Assembly (NCBI GenBank): GCA_016177765.1
Contig: JACOUP010000003.1
Coordinates: 95,384 to 159,383 of the forward strand
Length of the DNA: 64,000 nt
Source of the DNA: Deltaproteobacteria bacterium
Lineage (GTDB): Bacteria > UBA10199 > JACPAL01 > JACOUP01
Direction: 5' to 3'
The notes beneath the pieces were generated by a model. That model made no database searches, was not told where the DNA came from, and saw only the letters and a program-made list of their open reading frames with translations. This document shows positions 36,227 to 45,400 of the stretch, in pieces. A program made the translations under genes and the position numbers. Each line of letters begins with the position of its first letter. Position 1 is the first letter of the stretch.

Positions 36227-36607
36227 ATGATATTCCTTAAAAGCTACTTTGTGGCCACAACGACTGGGGTGGATAAGATTAATATTATCCACGACGTGAA
36301 GCGTGCGATGCGAGAGTCAACGATCCTCAAGGGACTTGTAACGATCACCCCTCCGGCAGGCAAGGCCTTGTTGACGGTAACTACGGAGGAGGAATTAAAA
36401 GCGGCCGGTTTGGTACAGGCCCGTTCTCTGACACTGCCGGTGGAAAAGGGGGATCTGCTCCTGGCCCCCAGAGAGCAGATCTTTTTGATTGATTCCGACC
36501 CGTCCGGCCGGCGGAGGGAGTTTTGGGTGCAGGTCATTGGAGATGGGGCCGGGGCGGCTAAAAAAGCGGCCCCGATAAGGGGACCGCAAGGTTCGCCAAA
36601 AAGGTGA
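36227..36607 (+). CDS. Small protein, divergent YjbQ/UPF0047-like (central His-containing region absent)
   Basis: The C-terminal [25 protein letters not shown]...[10 protein letters not shown] resembles the YjbQ tail. No clear RBS. Weak call. Confidence 0.35.
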   Translation: MIFLKSYFVATTTGVDKINIIHDVKRAMRESTILKGLVTITPPAGKALLTVTTEEELKAAGLVQARSLTLPVEKGDLLLAPREQIFLIDSDPSGRRREFWVQVIGDGAGAAKKAAPIRGPQGSPKR

Positions 36608-36612
36608 CCATT

Positions 36613-37611
36613 ATGGGAAAAAAGGAAAGATCAAAGGAGACAAAAGGTCAACTCCTGAAACTCCAGTTTGACGACAACAACCTGGCCCGAAATCTGTTTG
36701 GCGCCGAGGATAAACACCTCCGGTCTCTGGAGAACCAGCTCGGTGTCGCCATCACGGTCCGGGGGAGCGATGTCAGCATCCGCGGGCAGGAAGAAGGGGT
36801 CCAGCTCGTCGAAAAGGTTTTATCGGAACTGTATACCCTCCTCAAGAAAGGGTACCCGATCTTTGGTGCCGATATCGAACGGGCGGCCAAGATGCTGGCG
36901 GCGGATCAAAATTTAAGCCTCCAGGATTTTTTCATGGACAGCATTTTTATTCCGGCCAAACACAAGGTGATTGCCCCCAAGTCTGTTCACCAGAAGGAAT
37001 ATCTGGAGGCGATCCGGGCCAACGACATGGTTTTCGGCATCGGGCCGGCCGGAACCGGCAAGACTTATCTGGCGGTGGCGATGGCGGTTACGTCACTGAT
37101 GAAGAAAGAGGTCAGCCGGATTATTCTGGCGCGGCCTGCTGTTGAAGCGGGAGAAAAACTGGGATTCTTGCCCGGCGATATTGCGGAAAAGGTTAATCCC
37201 TATTTAAGACCTCTCTACGATGCCCTCCATGATATGCTGGATGGTGACAAGGTCCTTCACCTCGTTGAAAAAGGGGTTATTGAGATCGCGCCGCTCGCCT
37301 TCATGCGCGGACGGACGCTCAACAATTCTTACGTCATCCTGGATGAGGCCCAAAACTGCACAACCGAACAGATGAAGATGTTCCTCACACGGCTCGGCTT
37401 TGATTCCAAGGCGGTGATCACGGGGGATGTCACGCAGATTGACCTTCCGCCGGGGCGTATCTCCGGCCTTATTGAGGCGGAACGGCTTCTGAAAGGAATT
37501 GGCGGGATCGCCTTTCAGTATTTTTCTGAAGAAGATGTTGTTCGCCACAAGCTGGTTTCGGATATTTTAAGGGCTTATGAAAAGGATCGCATAAACGGAA
37601 AAACCAAATGA
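36613..37611 (+). CDS. phoH: PhoH family ATPase
   Basis: [18 protein letters not shown] (Walker A), VILDEAQN (Walker B). ATG 36613 is preferred over the track's GTG 36604. Confidence 0.93.
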   Translation: MGKKERSKETKGQLLKLQFDDNNLARNLFGAEDKHLRSLENQLGVAITVRGSDVSIRGQEEGVQLVEKVLSELYTLLKKGYPIFGADIERAAKMLAADQNLSLQDFFMDSIFIPAKHKVIAPKSVHQKEYLEAIRANDMVFGIGPAGTGKTYLAVAMAVTSLMKKEVSRIILARPAVEAGEKLGFLPGDIAEKVNPYLRPLYDALHDMLDGDKVLHLVEKGVIEIAPLAFMRGRTLNNSYVILDEAQNCTTEQMKMFLTRLGFDSKAVITGDVTQIDLPPGRISGLIEAERLLKGIGGIAFQYFSEEDVVRHKLVSDILRAYEKDRINGKTK

Positions 37612-39401
37612 GATCAAAAAAGACCAAAGAGGTTCTGAGAGGGGGGTGGCTGTTATTCCTGTTGCTGGCGATCGGTTTAAGCCTGATCATGAACGCCCAC
37701 TGGAGCCGCCTGCCGGACAATGTTCAGGTCGCCTCCATTGCCGTTCACGACATCAAGGCGGACAAAGATTACGAAATTGTGGATGAAGAGGAGACCAAGG
37801 CCTTGCAAGAGAAGGCCTCAGGGGAGGTGGCGCCGGTGATCCTCTCGGTCAAACGGGGGGAATCGATTATCCGGAGCGGAGATCGGTTTCGTCCCTGGCA
37901 TGCCAAGGTCATCAACGGCATCCGCAAGATCCAGTCTCGACAAGATTTCAAAATCCGCCTCGTCGGTTCTTTTTTGCTGGCTCTCTTTATCTTGACGGCC
38001 CTGTTTGTTTTTGGGGGGCTTTTTGTCAAAGGGTTCAAACCGGTTCGCAAAGACCTCGTCTTTTGCGGTCTCCTTCTGGCTATCTCGCTTCTAGTTGTCA
38101 AAAGCTCTTTTGCCGTGGCGACGGGACTGCAAACCAGTCTGCCGTTCACACTCCCGGTCACCGCTTTTTATTATGCCCTTCCGATCGCCTTTGGGGCGAT
38201 GCTTGTTCGACTGGTTCTCACCACGGAAATCGCCCTCTTTTTTGCCATGGCGGCCTGTCTCTTTGCGGGGGTCGAAATGGAGAATGACTTTCTCTATTTT
38301 GTTTATTGTTTCTTTTCGTCTCTTGCCGGGATTGTTTTGATCGGGCATGCCCGAAGCCGGATGGATATCTTCAAGGCCGGCGTCTGGACCGGTCTGGTCT
38401 CAGCCTGTTTTGTTTTTGTGCTTCATCTGGTCGGACTCTCTTCCGCCATCCAGCCGTTGATCCAGTGGGATATCGTTTCTGATATGGGGGCGGCCCTGTT
38501 TGGAGGGATTGTGAGCAGTATCCTTGTTTTTGTACTGACCCCCCTCGCCGAATCGATTTTTGGTTACCTGACAGACGTCAAACTTCTTGAACTGGGGAGC
38601 TTAAACCATCCTGTCCTTCAGGAACTGATTGTTCGCGCCCCCGGTACGTATCACCACAGCCACATGGTGGGAACCCTCGCTGAGGCGGCGGCCGAGGCGA
38701 TCGGGGCCAATGGACTTTTCGCACGCGTGGCCTCCTATTTTCATGACATCGGCAAGATGAAAAAATCGGAATATTTCATTGAAAACCAGCCTCCCGATGA
38801 GAACCGTCACGAAAAACTGGCCCCTTCCATGAGTGCCTTGATCATCTCCTCGCATGTGAAAGAGGGGATCGATATGGCCAGGGAATACAAACTTCCGGAG
38901 AGGATTGTGGATATTATTCCCCAGCACCAGGGGACAAAACTGATCAGCTATTTCTACAGCAGGGCCAAAGAAGCGGGCCAGGATCTGGCGAATGAAAAGG
39001 ATTACCGGTACCCCGGCCCCAAACCACAGACTCGTGAGGCGGGAATCATCCTTCTGGCCGATACGGCCGAGGCCTCAACACGCTCGCTCAAGGACCGGTC
39101 GCCCGCCCGGATTGAAGAGGTGGTTCGGAACATGATTAATAAGAATTTCATCGATGGCCAACTGGACGAGTGCGAGTTGACCTTGCAGGATCTGAACCTG
39201 ATCGCGCAGAGCTTCAACAGGATACTGATCGGCATCTACCACAAGAGGATTGAGTACCCGACCATCCCCGAAGAGGAGACGATCCTTCCCCCCGAACATG
39301 CCACCGATAAATATACAAAATCGAAACCGCTCGCGGAAGGTCCCGGCACGCCCGGTAAAACAGGCGGTGGGGCGACTCTTCGAAGGATTGGGCCTCGCTG
39401 A
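37608..39401 (+). CDS. 7TM-HD (HDIG) membrane phosphohydrolase, PgpH/YqfF family
   Basis: N-terminal extracellular domain, 7 TM, HD domain ([25 protein letters not shown]). ATGA overlap with phoH. Confidence 0.85.
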   Translation: MRSKKTKEVLRGGWLLFLLLAIGLSLIMNAHWSRLPDNVQVASIAVHDIKADKDYEIVDEEETKALQEKASGEVAPVILSVKRGESIIRSGDRFRPWHAKVINGIRKIQSRQDFKIRLVGSFLLALFILTALFVFGGLFVKGFKPVRKDLVFCGLLLAISLLVVKSSFAVATGLQTSLPFTLPVTAFYYALPIAFGAMLVRLVLTTEIALFFAMAACLFAGVEMENDFLYFVYCFFSSLAGIVLIGHARSRMDIFKAGVWTGLVSACFVFVLHLVGLSSAIQPLIQWDIVSDMGAALFGGIVSSILVFVLTPLAESIFGYLTDVKLLELGSLNHPVLQELIVRAPGTYHHSHMVGTLAEAAAEAIGANGLFARVASYFHDIGKMKKSEYFIENQPPDENRHEKLAPSMSALIISSHVKEGIDMAREYKLPERIVDIIPQHQGTKLISYFYSRAKEAGQDLANEKDYRYPGPKPQTREAGIILLADTAEASTRSLKDRSPARIEEVVRNMINKNFIDGQLDECELTLQDLNLIAQSFNRILIGIYHKRIEYPTIPEEETILPPEHATDKYTKSKPLAEGPGTPGKTGGGATLRRIGPR

Positions 39402-39720
39402 CTGCGAGCTTTCAATCGTCTTTGTTTCCGATCGGGTGATTCAGAAGTATCATGCCCAGTATTTCAATGATTCTACGCCAACAGATGTGATTTCTTTTCC
39501 TTCGGGTGAGCAAAATGGATTTTTAGGGGATATCCTCATCTCCCTCGATACCGCCGCCCGTCAGGCACGGCAGAAGAAACATTCGACCTGGGATGAGGTG
39601 AAACTCCTCCTTGTTCATGGCATTCTTCATCTTCTGGGGTATGATCACCAAAAAAAGAGGGACAGACAAAAAATGTGGCAAAAACAACGGGCCCTGTTAA
39701 GATCAATCGCCAATTTATGA
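39298..39720 (+). CDS. ybeY: rRNA maturation endoribonuclease YbeY
   Basis: PTDVISFP and zinc motif HGILHLLGYDH. Start at ATG 39298 ([10 protein letters not shown]...) overlaps the pgpH-like gene by 104 nt. Confidence 0.9.
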   Translation: MPPINIQNRNRSRKVPARPVKQAVGRLFEGLGLADCELSIVFVSDRVIQKYHAQYFNDSTPTDVISFPSGEQNGFLGDILISLDTAARQARQKKHSTWDEVKLLLVHGILHLLGYDHQKKRDRQKMWQKQRALLRSIANL

Positions 39721-41231
39721 AAAAGTTTCTTCCGTTGTTGTTGACAAGTCTAATTACCTTTCTCGCCTTCCCGACACTCCTCTTCCGCCAACCGCTTCCC
39801 TCTCTGGGCCTTCTCGCCTGGTTCTCCCTCGTCCCGCTTTTTATTTTTTTCAAGGATAAAACCCCTCGACAAGTCTTTTGGACCAGTTTTATAGCCGGTT
39901 TCCTTTTTTACAGCGGCGCCTTTTACTGGATCTATAATGCCCTTCATTATTTCGGTCATCTCTCTCCCAGTGCCTCTCTGGGGGCCTTGGTGGTGATGAT
40001 GACGGCAATGACTTTGTATCTGGCGGGAGCCCTGGCACTGGCCCGTTGGCTCTCTCTGAAGACCGGTCTCTCTTTCTATCTCCTCCTCCCCTGGACCTGG
40101 GTGGTTCAGGACTTCTGCCTCAATTATTTTCCGGTGGGAGGATTCTCTTGGGGGGCCCTGGCCTATACACAGACAAAACTTCTTCCCATGATCCAGATTG
40201 CCGATTTGGGAGGTCCGTACCTTGTTACTTTTTTGATTGTCCTCTTGAATGCCTCCATAGCCCGGGTTCTTGTTAGAGAAAAGGGGGCTTGGGTCCAATC
40301 TCTCCTGGTGTCGGTTTTGTTGATACTGACGGTCGGTTATGGGTTTTACCGGATTCTCTCCTACTCTGAAGAAGACCGTCCCCATTTTCAAGTCTCCCTT
40401 TTGCAGGGAAACATCCCTCAGGAGGAGAAGTGGCAGGAACGGCGCGCCCAGGCGATTCTGGGCATCTATCAGGAAATGATGGATCAGGTTGTGGCCAGTG
40501 ACCTTGTTGTCTGGCCGGAGGCTTCTTACCCCTACCTGTTGTCTTTTCCTCTGAGAGGCTCTTCCGGGCTCGGGGCTTCCTTCAAATTTGACACGATTGT
40601 CGGCGCCGTCACGGGGCAATTCACCAAGAAGGAGACCATTAGCAATTCGGCTCTTCTGATCAAAAAAGGGGGGGAGTTTGCCGGTGCTTATCACAAACTC
40701 CATCTGGTCCCGTTTGGGGAGTATGTCCCGTATCAGACGGTTCTCTCGTTTCTCCACAAGGTCGTTCCGGTGATCGGCGAGATGAAGGCTGGCGAGGACG
40801 CTCGTTTGCTGAAGACAGAAAAGGCCCAACTGGCCCCTTTGATCTGTTATGAGGATCTCTTCCCGGAGATCGCCCGGAATTTTACAAAAAAGGGGGCGGA
40901 CCTTCTGGTCAATATCACCAACGACGCCTGGTACGGAGTGACCTCGGCCCCGATCCAGCATATGGAACTCTCCCGGTTCCGGGCGATTGAAAACAGGCGA
41001 TACCTGATTCGCTCCACCAACACCGGGCTCTCCGCCATCATCGATCCCCTCGGGCGGGTTGTTAAAAAAGGGAGACTTTTCCAACGGGAAATGATGGAAG
41101 GGGAGGTGGTCTTGGGGGGTCCGACGACTTTTTACACCCGCCATGGAGATTTGTTTGCCTGGGGGGCCGTCGTTGTGGTAGTTATCCTCGGCCTGATCAG
41201 TTGTTTCAAAAATAAGGAGAACAAGGGATGA
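39717..41231 (+). CDS. lnt: Apolipoprotein N-acyltransferase Lnt
   Basis: N-terminal multi-TM region plus CN-hydrolase domain (VVWPEASYP, catalytic ICYEDLFPE). ATGA overlap with ybeY. Confidence 0.9.
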   Translation: MKKFLPLLLTSLITFLAFPTLLFRQPLPSLGLLAWFSLVPLFIFFKDKTPRQVFWTSFIAGFLFYSGAFYWIYNALHYFGHLSPSASLGALVVMMTAMTLYLAGALALARWLSLKTGLSFYLLLPWTWVVQDFCLNYFPVGGFSWGALAYTQTKLLPMIQIADLGGPYLVTFLIVLLNASIARVLVREKGAWVQSLLVSVLLILTVGYGFYRILSYSEEDRPHFQVSLLQGNIPQEEKWQERRAQAILGIYQEMMDQVVASDLVVWPEASYPYLLSFPLRGSSGLGASFKFDTIVGAVTGQFTKKETISNSALLIKKGGEFAGAYHKLHLVPFGEYVPYQTVLSFLHKVVPVIGEMKAGEDARLLKTEKAQLAPLICYEDLFPEIARNFTKKGADLLVNITNDAWYGVTSAPIQHMELSRFRAIENRRYLIRSTNTGLSAIIDPLGRVVKKGRLFQREMMEGEVVLGGPTTFYTRHGDLFAWGAVVVVVILGLISCFKNKENKG

Positions 41232-42323
41232 CTAAAGAAGAAAAAGAATCGGTCCGATCTTTTACCGAACGGACCTCCAAGCTTCGAGGTCTTCTTTGAC
41301 ATCGCTTCAAAGAAAAAACGTCTTGAGGAAATAGAGCAAACAGCCGCAGCGGCAGGATTCTGGAGCGACAACAAGAAAGCAGAGGCGGTTCTTAAAGAGA
41401 AAAAACTCTTGGGTGATCTTGTTTCCCGGTTCCAAAAACTGGAGAGTGAGATCGAAGAGACGACCCTGCTCCTGGAACTCGGTGCCGAAGGGGCCGATGA
41501 AGATTTGAAAGGGGAGGGGAAGACAAGGCTTGCCGGGATTGAAGCAACCCTCGCCCAATTTGAATTTGAAAGAATGCTCTCCGGAGGGCATGACCACAAC
41601 AGTGCCATCCTTTCGATCAATGCTGGTGCCGGTGGGACGGAGTCCTGCGATTGGGCCGAGATGCTTCTCCGGATGTACCGGATGTGGGCCGACAAACAGG
41701 GGTACAAGAACGAGGTGGTTGACTTCACCCTTGGAGATCAGGCCGGTTTCAAATCGGCAACGGTGACGGTTTCTGGTGATTATGCCTACGGCTATTTAAG
41801 GGCGGAGATCGGCGTCCATCGTCTTGTCCGGATTTCCCCTTTTGACGCCAACAAACGGCGTCATACCTCTTTTGCCTCTGTCTTTGTTTATCCGGATATT
41901 GAAGACGAGATCCAGATTGAGGTCAAGGATTCGGATCTCCGTGTGGATACCTTCCGTTCCAGTGGGGCCGGGGGGCAGAAGGTCAACAAGACCGATTCTG
42001 CGGTTCGTCTGACCCATCTCCCAACGGGGATTGTCGTCGCCTGTCAGAATGAACGGTCCCAACACCAGAACCGGGCGCTCGCCTTAAAGATCCTCAAGGC
42101 CCGGTTGTATGAAGAGGAGATGAAGAAAAAGGACGCGGAAAAGGCCAAGATTGAATCCTCCAAAAAGGATATCGAGTGGGGTTCCCAGATCCGTTCGTAC
42201 GTCCTGCACCCGTACAAGATGGTGAAAGACCATCGGACCGGCGTAGAGGTCGGGGATGCCCAACGGGTCCTGGACGGAGACCTGAATCTGTTCATCCGGC
42301 AATTTCTTCTTCATAATCAATAA
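41228..42323 (+). CDS. prfB: Peptide chain release factor 2 PrfB, requiring a programmed +1 frameshift at 41294-41300
   Basis: Frame 0 reads MTKEEKESVRSFTERTSKLRGLL then TGA (41297-41299). The +1 frame continues DIASKKKRLEEIEQ...FWSD... into the 41409 ORF. SPF (RISPFD) and GGQ (SGAGGQKVN) motifs are present. Confidence 0.93.
41286..41300 (+). promoter_or_regulatory. RF2 autoregulatory +1 frameshift site: SD-like GAGG, then CTT CTT TGA C
   Basis: Same CUU-UGA-C slippery/stop context as the E. coli prfB site, with an internal SD-like element 4 nt upstream. Confidence 0.9.
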
Positions 42324-42324
42324 A

Positions 42325-42372
42325 TTATACGCGTGCCTGGCACCAGACCCCCCCTTTGGTGCCAGGCACGCG
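42325..42372. repeat. Hairpin family TTAYACGCGTGCCTGGCAC-loop-GTGCCAGGCAC(GCG), copy 2, directly after the prfB stop
   Basis: 14-bp stem (42330-42343 / 42359-42372) with a 15-nt loop and no U-tract. The track's ORF start at 42333 runs through it. Confidence 0.8.
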
Positions 42373-42428
42373 GGGAACCTTCGGGATTAAGGCAACTTTT
42401 TGCCCTTTCCGCCGAGAACCGCCCCACG

Positions 42429-45400
42429 ATGCCGGGAGGGGTGACTATCAGCCGCGAGTCTCTTTTGGGCAGGCTCTATTCGGAGCTTTCCGTCCCCGGC
42501 GACCCTTCCCTGATTGCCCTTGTCGATACCTTGGTCCGTCTGACCGGTTCGGATCAGTTTGTTCAGCACCATCCGTCGGATCGGTTCGAGATCACTATGC
42601 CGGATCATTCCCACCGGCTTCTCCGCTATGAGGAACTCCTGCAAGGGCTTGTTGAAAGGTATTACGGTCACAGTCATCCCCCCGAATACCGCGAGAGACT
42701 CTACAAGACCCTTCTTTCCGCGACCAGCCTCGCCGAGTCGGCAATCGCGGGAGGGGGTGAGATCCTTTATTGTGAAGAGCCCCCTTCCTGGGAGCCGTTC
42801 GTCTTTCCCCGTGAGGCGGTGACGATTGTGTTGGTGCCGTCGCCCTCTTCGGAAGAGGGGAGCCGGCGAGCCGCAGGATCTCCTTTTTCAATCTGGGGAC
42901 ATCTCCCTCGCCGGGAGGAGTTGCATGGGGAGGCAGTCCTGGTGGCCGTTCACCAGCAGGGTCCTTCGACCGTGGAATTGGTCGTCAAGACGATCGCCCC
43001 TATCACACATCGGTTTGTTGATGATCCGTCAACGGAGCTCCGCCTCCCGGTTTATGCCGATTCTATAAGACTGACTCGAAGGGGAGGCGATTTTATCCTG
43101 CAAGGCTTTTCCTATCCCCGGAGGGAAGAGATTGAGATCCCTCTTTCGGGAGACTGGGTAGGGGATGATTCCCTCATCCGTAATCTCGGACGGATCCCAC
43201 CCGGAAGCGACCGGTTTCAAAGACTCCTTTATTTATCGGCCGCCGCCAATGCCCTTTTTCTGGAAGGGACTGCCGATGCCCCATCCTTTGAATTTGCCCC
43301 CGGAGAGTTGTTTCTCTCAAGCCGTTTCAGGGGAAAGGTTGTCTCTCTCTTCCCGCTCCTCTCTCGCTCCGAGCCATCCCTTTTGGGGATGATAGAAATA
43401 GGGGCGACGGGGCTCCATACCTTTAGTGTCGCCGTTCCAGGGCGTCTCCGCCTTGTCCCTTCCCGGTCAGGTGATTTACCTGGGGGTGGTTCACCCAAGG
43501 GTGATTCAGGGGTTGTGGGGGAAAGCTGGGAGATTGACTATGAAGCGATCACCCCGTGGGAAGGGGTCACCTTCACCCGTTCCCTTCAACTCCATCCGTC
43601 CCACCCTGTTGTGGCGCGATGGATGAGCCGAGTGACCGGAGGGAGTTGGGGAGCGGCCTCTTATCCCATCTCGGAAGAACAACTCAAGGAACTGGTCGAG
43701 GCGCAGAGACTTTCGGCGGAGGAGATTGAAGTCCAACGACAGGCCAGGGACTGGGTTGATTCCAACTTGGCCGACAAAATAAGGGAGACCGGCTCTCTCC
43801 ACAGGGCTGTTTTGGCGATTATCTATGTGGATCTCGAAGAAGGGAAAAAAGGACCGGGTGGAACAGGAGGGGGTGCCGGAGGAGGGACCGACCCTGAGGC
43901 ATCGCCTCCTCCCCCCTGGATGCTTTCTGGTTTAAGAGATTCCCGACCAGGTGCCTTTCTGGTTGAGGGTGATTCACCCTTGGGTGCCCCACCCAAGGAT
44001 GGTTTTGTTGGAGGAGTGACAACTTCCCCAGGGGAGTCTGGGTCATCCGGTGGGCCTCTTCTGCCATTAGTCGGTCGTCTCATCACCCCGGGTGAGGAGT
44101 TTACCGTTCCCTCCGGGCTGGTCTATCGGTTTTCTCCTGTTGATCAAGGGGCCCTCTGGTTGTTGCCGCCGGACCCCGATGGGGTCGGATTGGAAGGGTA
44201 CCGGCGCGACGAGATCGCCGAAATTCTCTCATTGTTGGAGGGGGAAGAGCCGGTTGTTGCTGTTGCCGGTTGGCGAGGGACCGGCAAGTCAAGGATAGCC
44301 AGAGAGACCCTTCCTGCGGCCTTGAGGGGGAAAGGGAAAAAAGTAGCCACACTGAAGCTTTCGGATGAGGGGGTGGAGGGAGGGGAACTGGAACAGGTTT
44401 CAGCCTTGATGGCCGGGAATCCTGACATTCTGATTCTGGATGAGGCGGCGATCAGACCGGAGGAGAAGGTGTGGCACCGGTTGATCCCTCTGGCATTCCT
44501 CCTTCACCGTTATCTGGAGGGAGGGGGAAGGATTGTCCTTTTTGGGGGGGGCGACTTTCTGACGCCGGAGGAACAGGCTGTTTGGATGCGGTGGACCGGA
44601 TGGACACCCCCCTTGGTCCGACTCGACCTGAAACCGTTCAACCGAAGACAGGCCCACGAGTTCCTGATCCCTCCCGATTCCAGGCTAAGCCCTGCCGATC
44701 AACAGGCCTACGTCCGGCTCGCCTCGCAGTGGGTCCCGCCGTATCCCGGACTTTTGAGGTACGTCCGGTTGGGTCCCGATATCGATCATCTGGAAGATCT
44801 CCACTTGTCACTCTTGTTCCGGTTTCATCCGCTCGATCCCTGGGAGAGGGAGGGAGTCCAAGTTCTGGCATGGCCTCATGGGTCACCCAGTTTTTCAGAC
44901 CTCTCCGTGACCCCTGTCGGTTATCGTCGCGACGACTCCGAGCATCGGGTCCGGCTCCTCTTTCTGATGACCGGCCGGCTCCTTGAATTATTGCGTGAAG
45001 AGACCCGCAGGTACCCTTCCGACGATGGGATCGGTCTGACGCTCGCGGTCGCGGCGACAGAATACAATATCCTGGGGCAAATGCTTGCGGGCGCTCCAGA
45101 CAAGGGTGGTTCACCCAACCTTGGTTTTGAACCGATGTCGGCCCCGGAGGCCCGGCTGGAACTCCGGGGGTATCTGAGCCCTCTCAGGGGGACCAGGGCC
45201 TCCGAGACGGTGGTGCTGGTTTTGGGAACAGAGATCCGTCTCCTCCAGAAAATTTTTAGAGAGACGGAGGAATGTTCCGAAGCTGAACAGATCGTCCAAG
45301 AGAGGATAGGGATCTTGAGGCAACGGTTACAGGAGACACTGGCATCGATTCAAAAAATTGACCAGACTGCCGAGGTTCCTGCCTCTCAAGAGGTTGCCGA

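Noticed and set aside
36227-36607. Calling the 126-aa ORF a bona fide YjbQ/thiamine-phosphate-synthase-like enzyme.
   Set aside because: Only the C-terminal third resembles YjbQ and the conserved His-containing middle is missing. It is kept as a low-confidence divergent or hypothetical protein.
39750-41144. Long antisense ORFs opposite well-supported genes. Examples: 464 aa opposite lnt; 17526-18140 opposite trpF; 12906-13592 and 11592-12269 opposite the MMPL gene; 53800-54624 opposite the surface protein; 60307-61029 and 61822-62457 opposite bamA; 62734-63336 opposite skp; 48736-49452 and 47263-47919 opposite the Cys-rich protein.
   Set aside because: The sense-strand genes carry clear family motifs. 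The antisense translations are Arg/Gly/Pro-rich low-complexity strings typical of shadow ORFs in GC-rich DNA.
42389-42404. Sigma-54-like sequence AAGGCAACTTTTTGCC upstream of the giant NTPase gene.
   Set aside because: The GG-to-GC spacing is one nucleotide short of the canonical -24/-12 geometry, and the -24 block is GGCAAC rather than TGGCAC.
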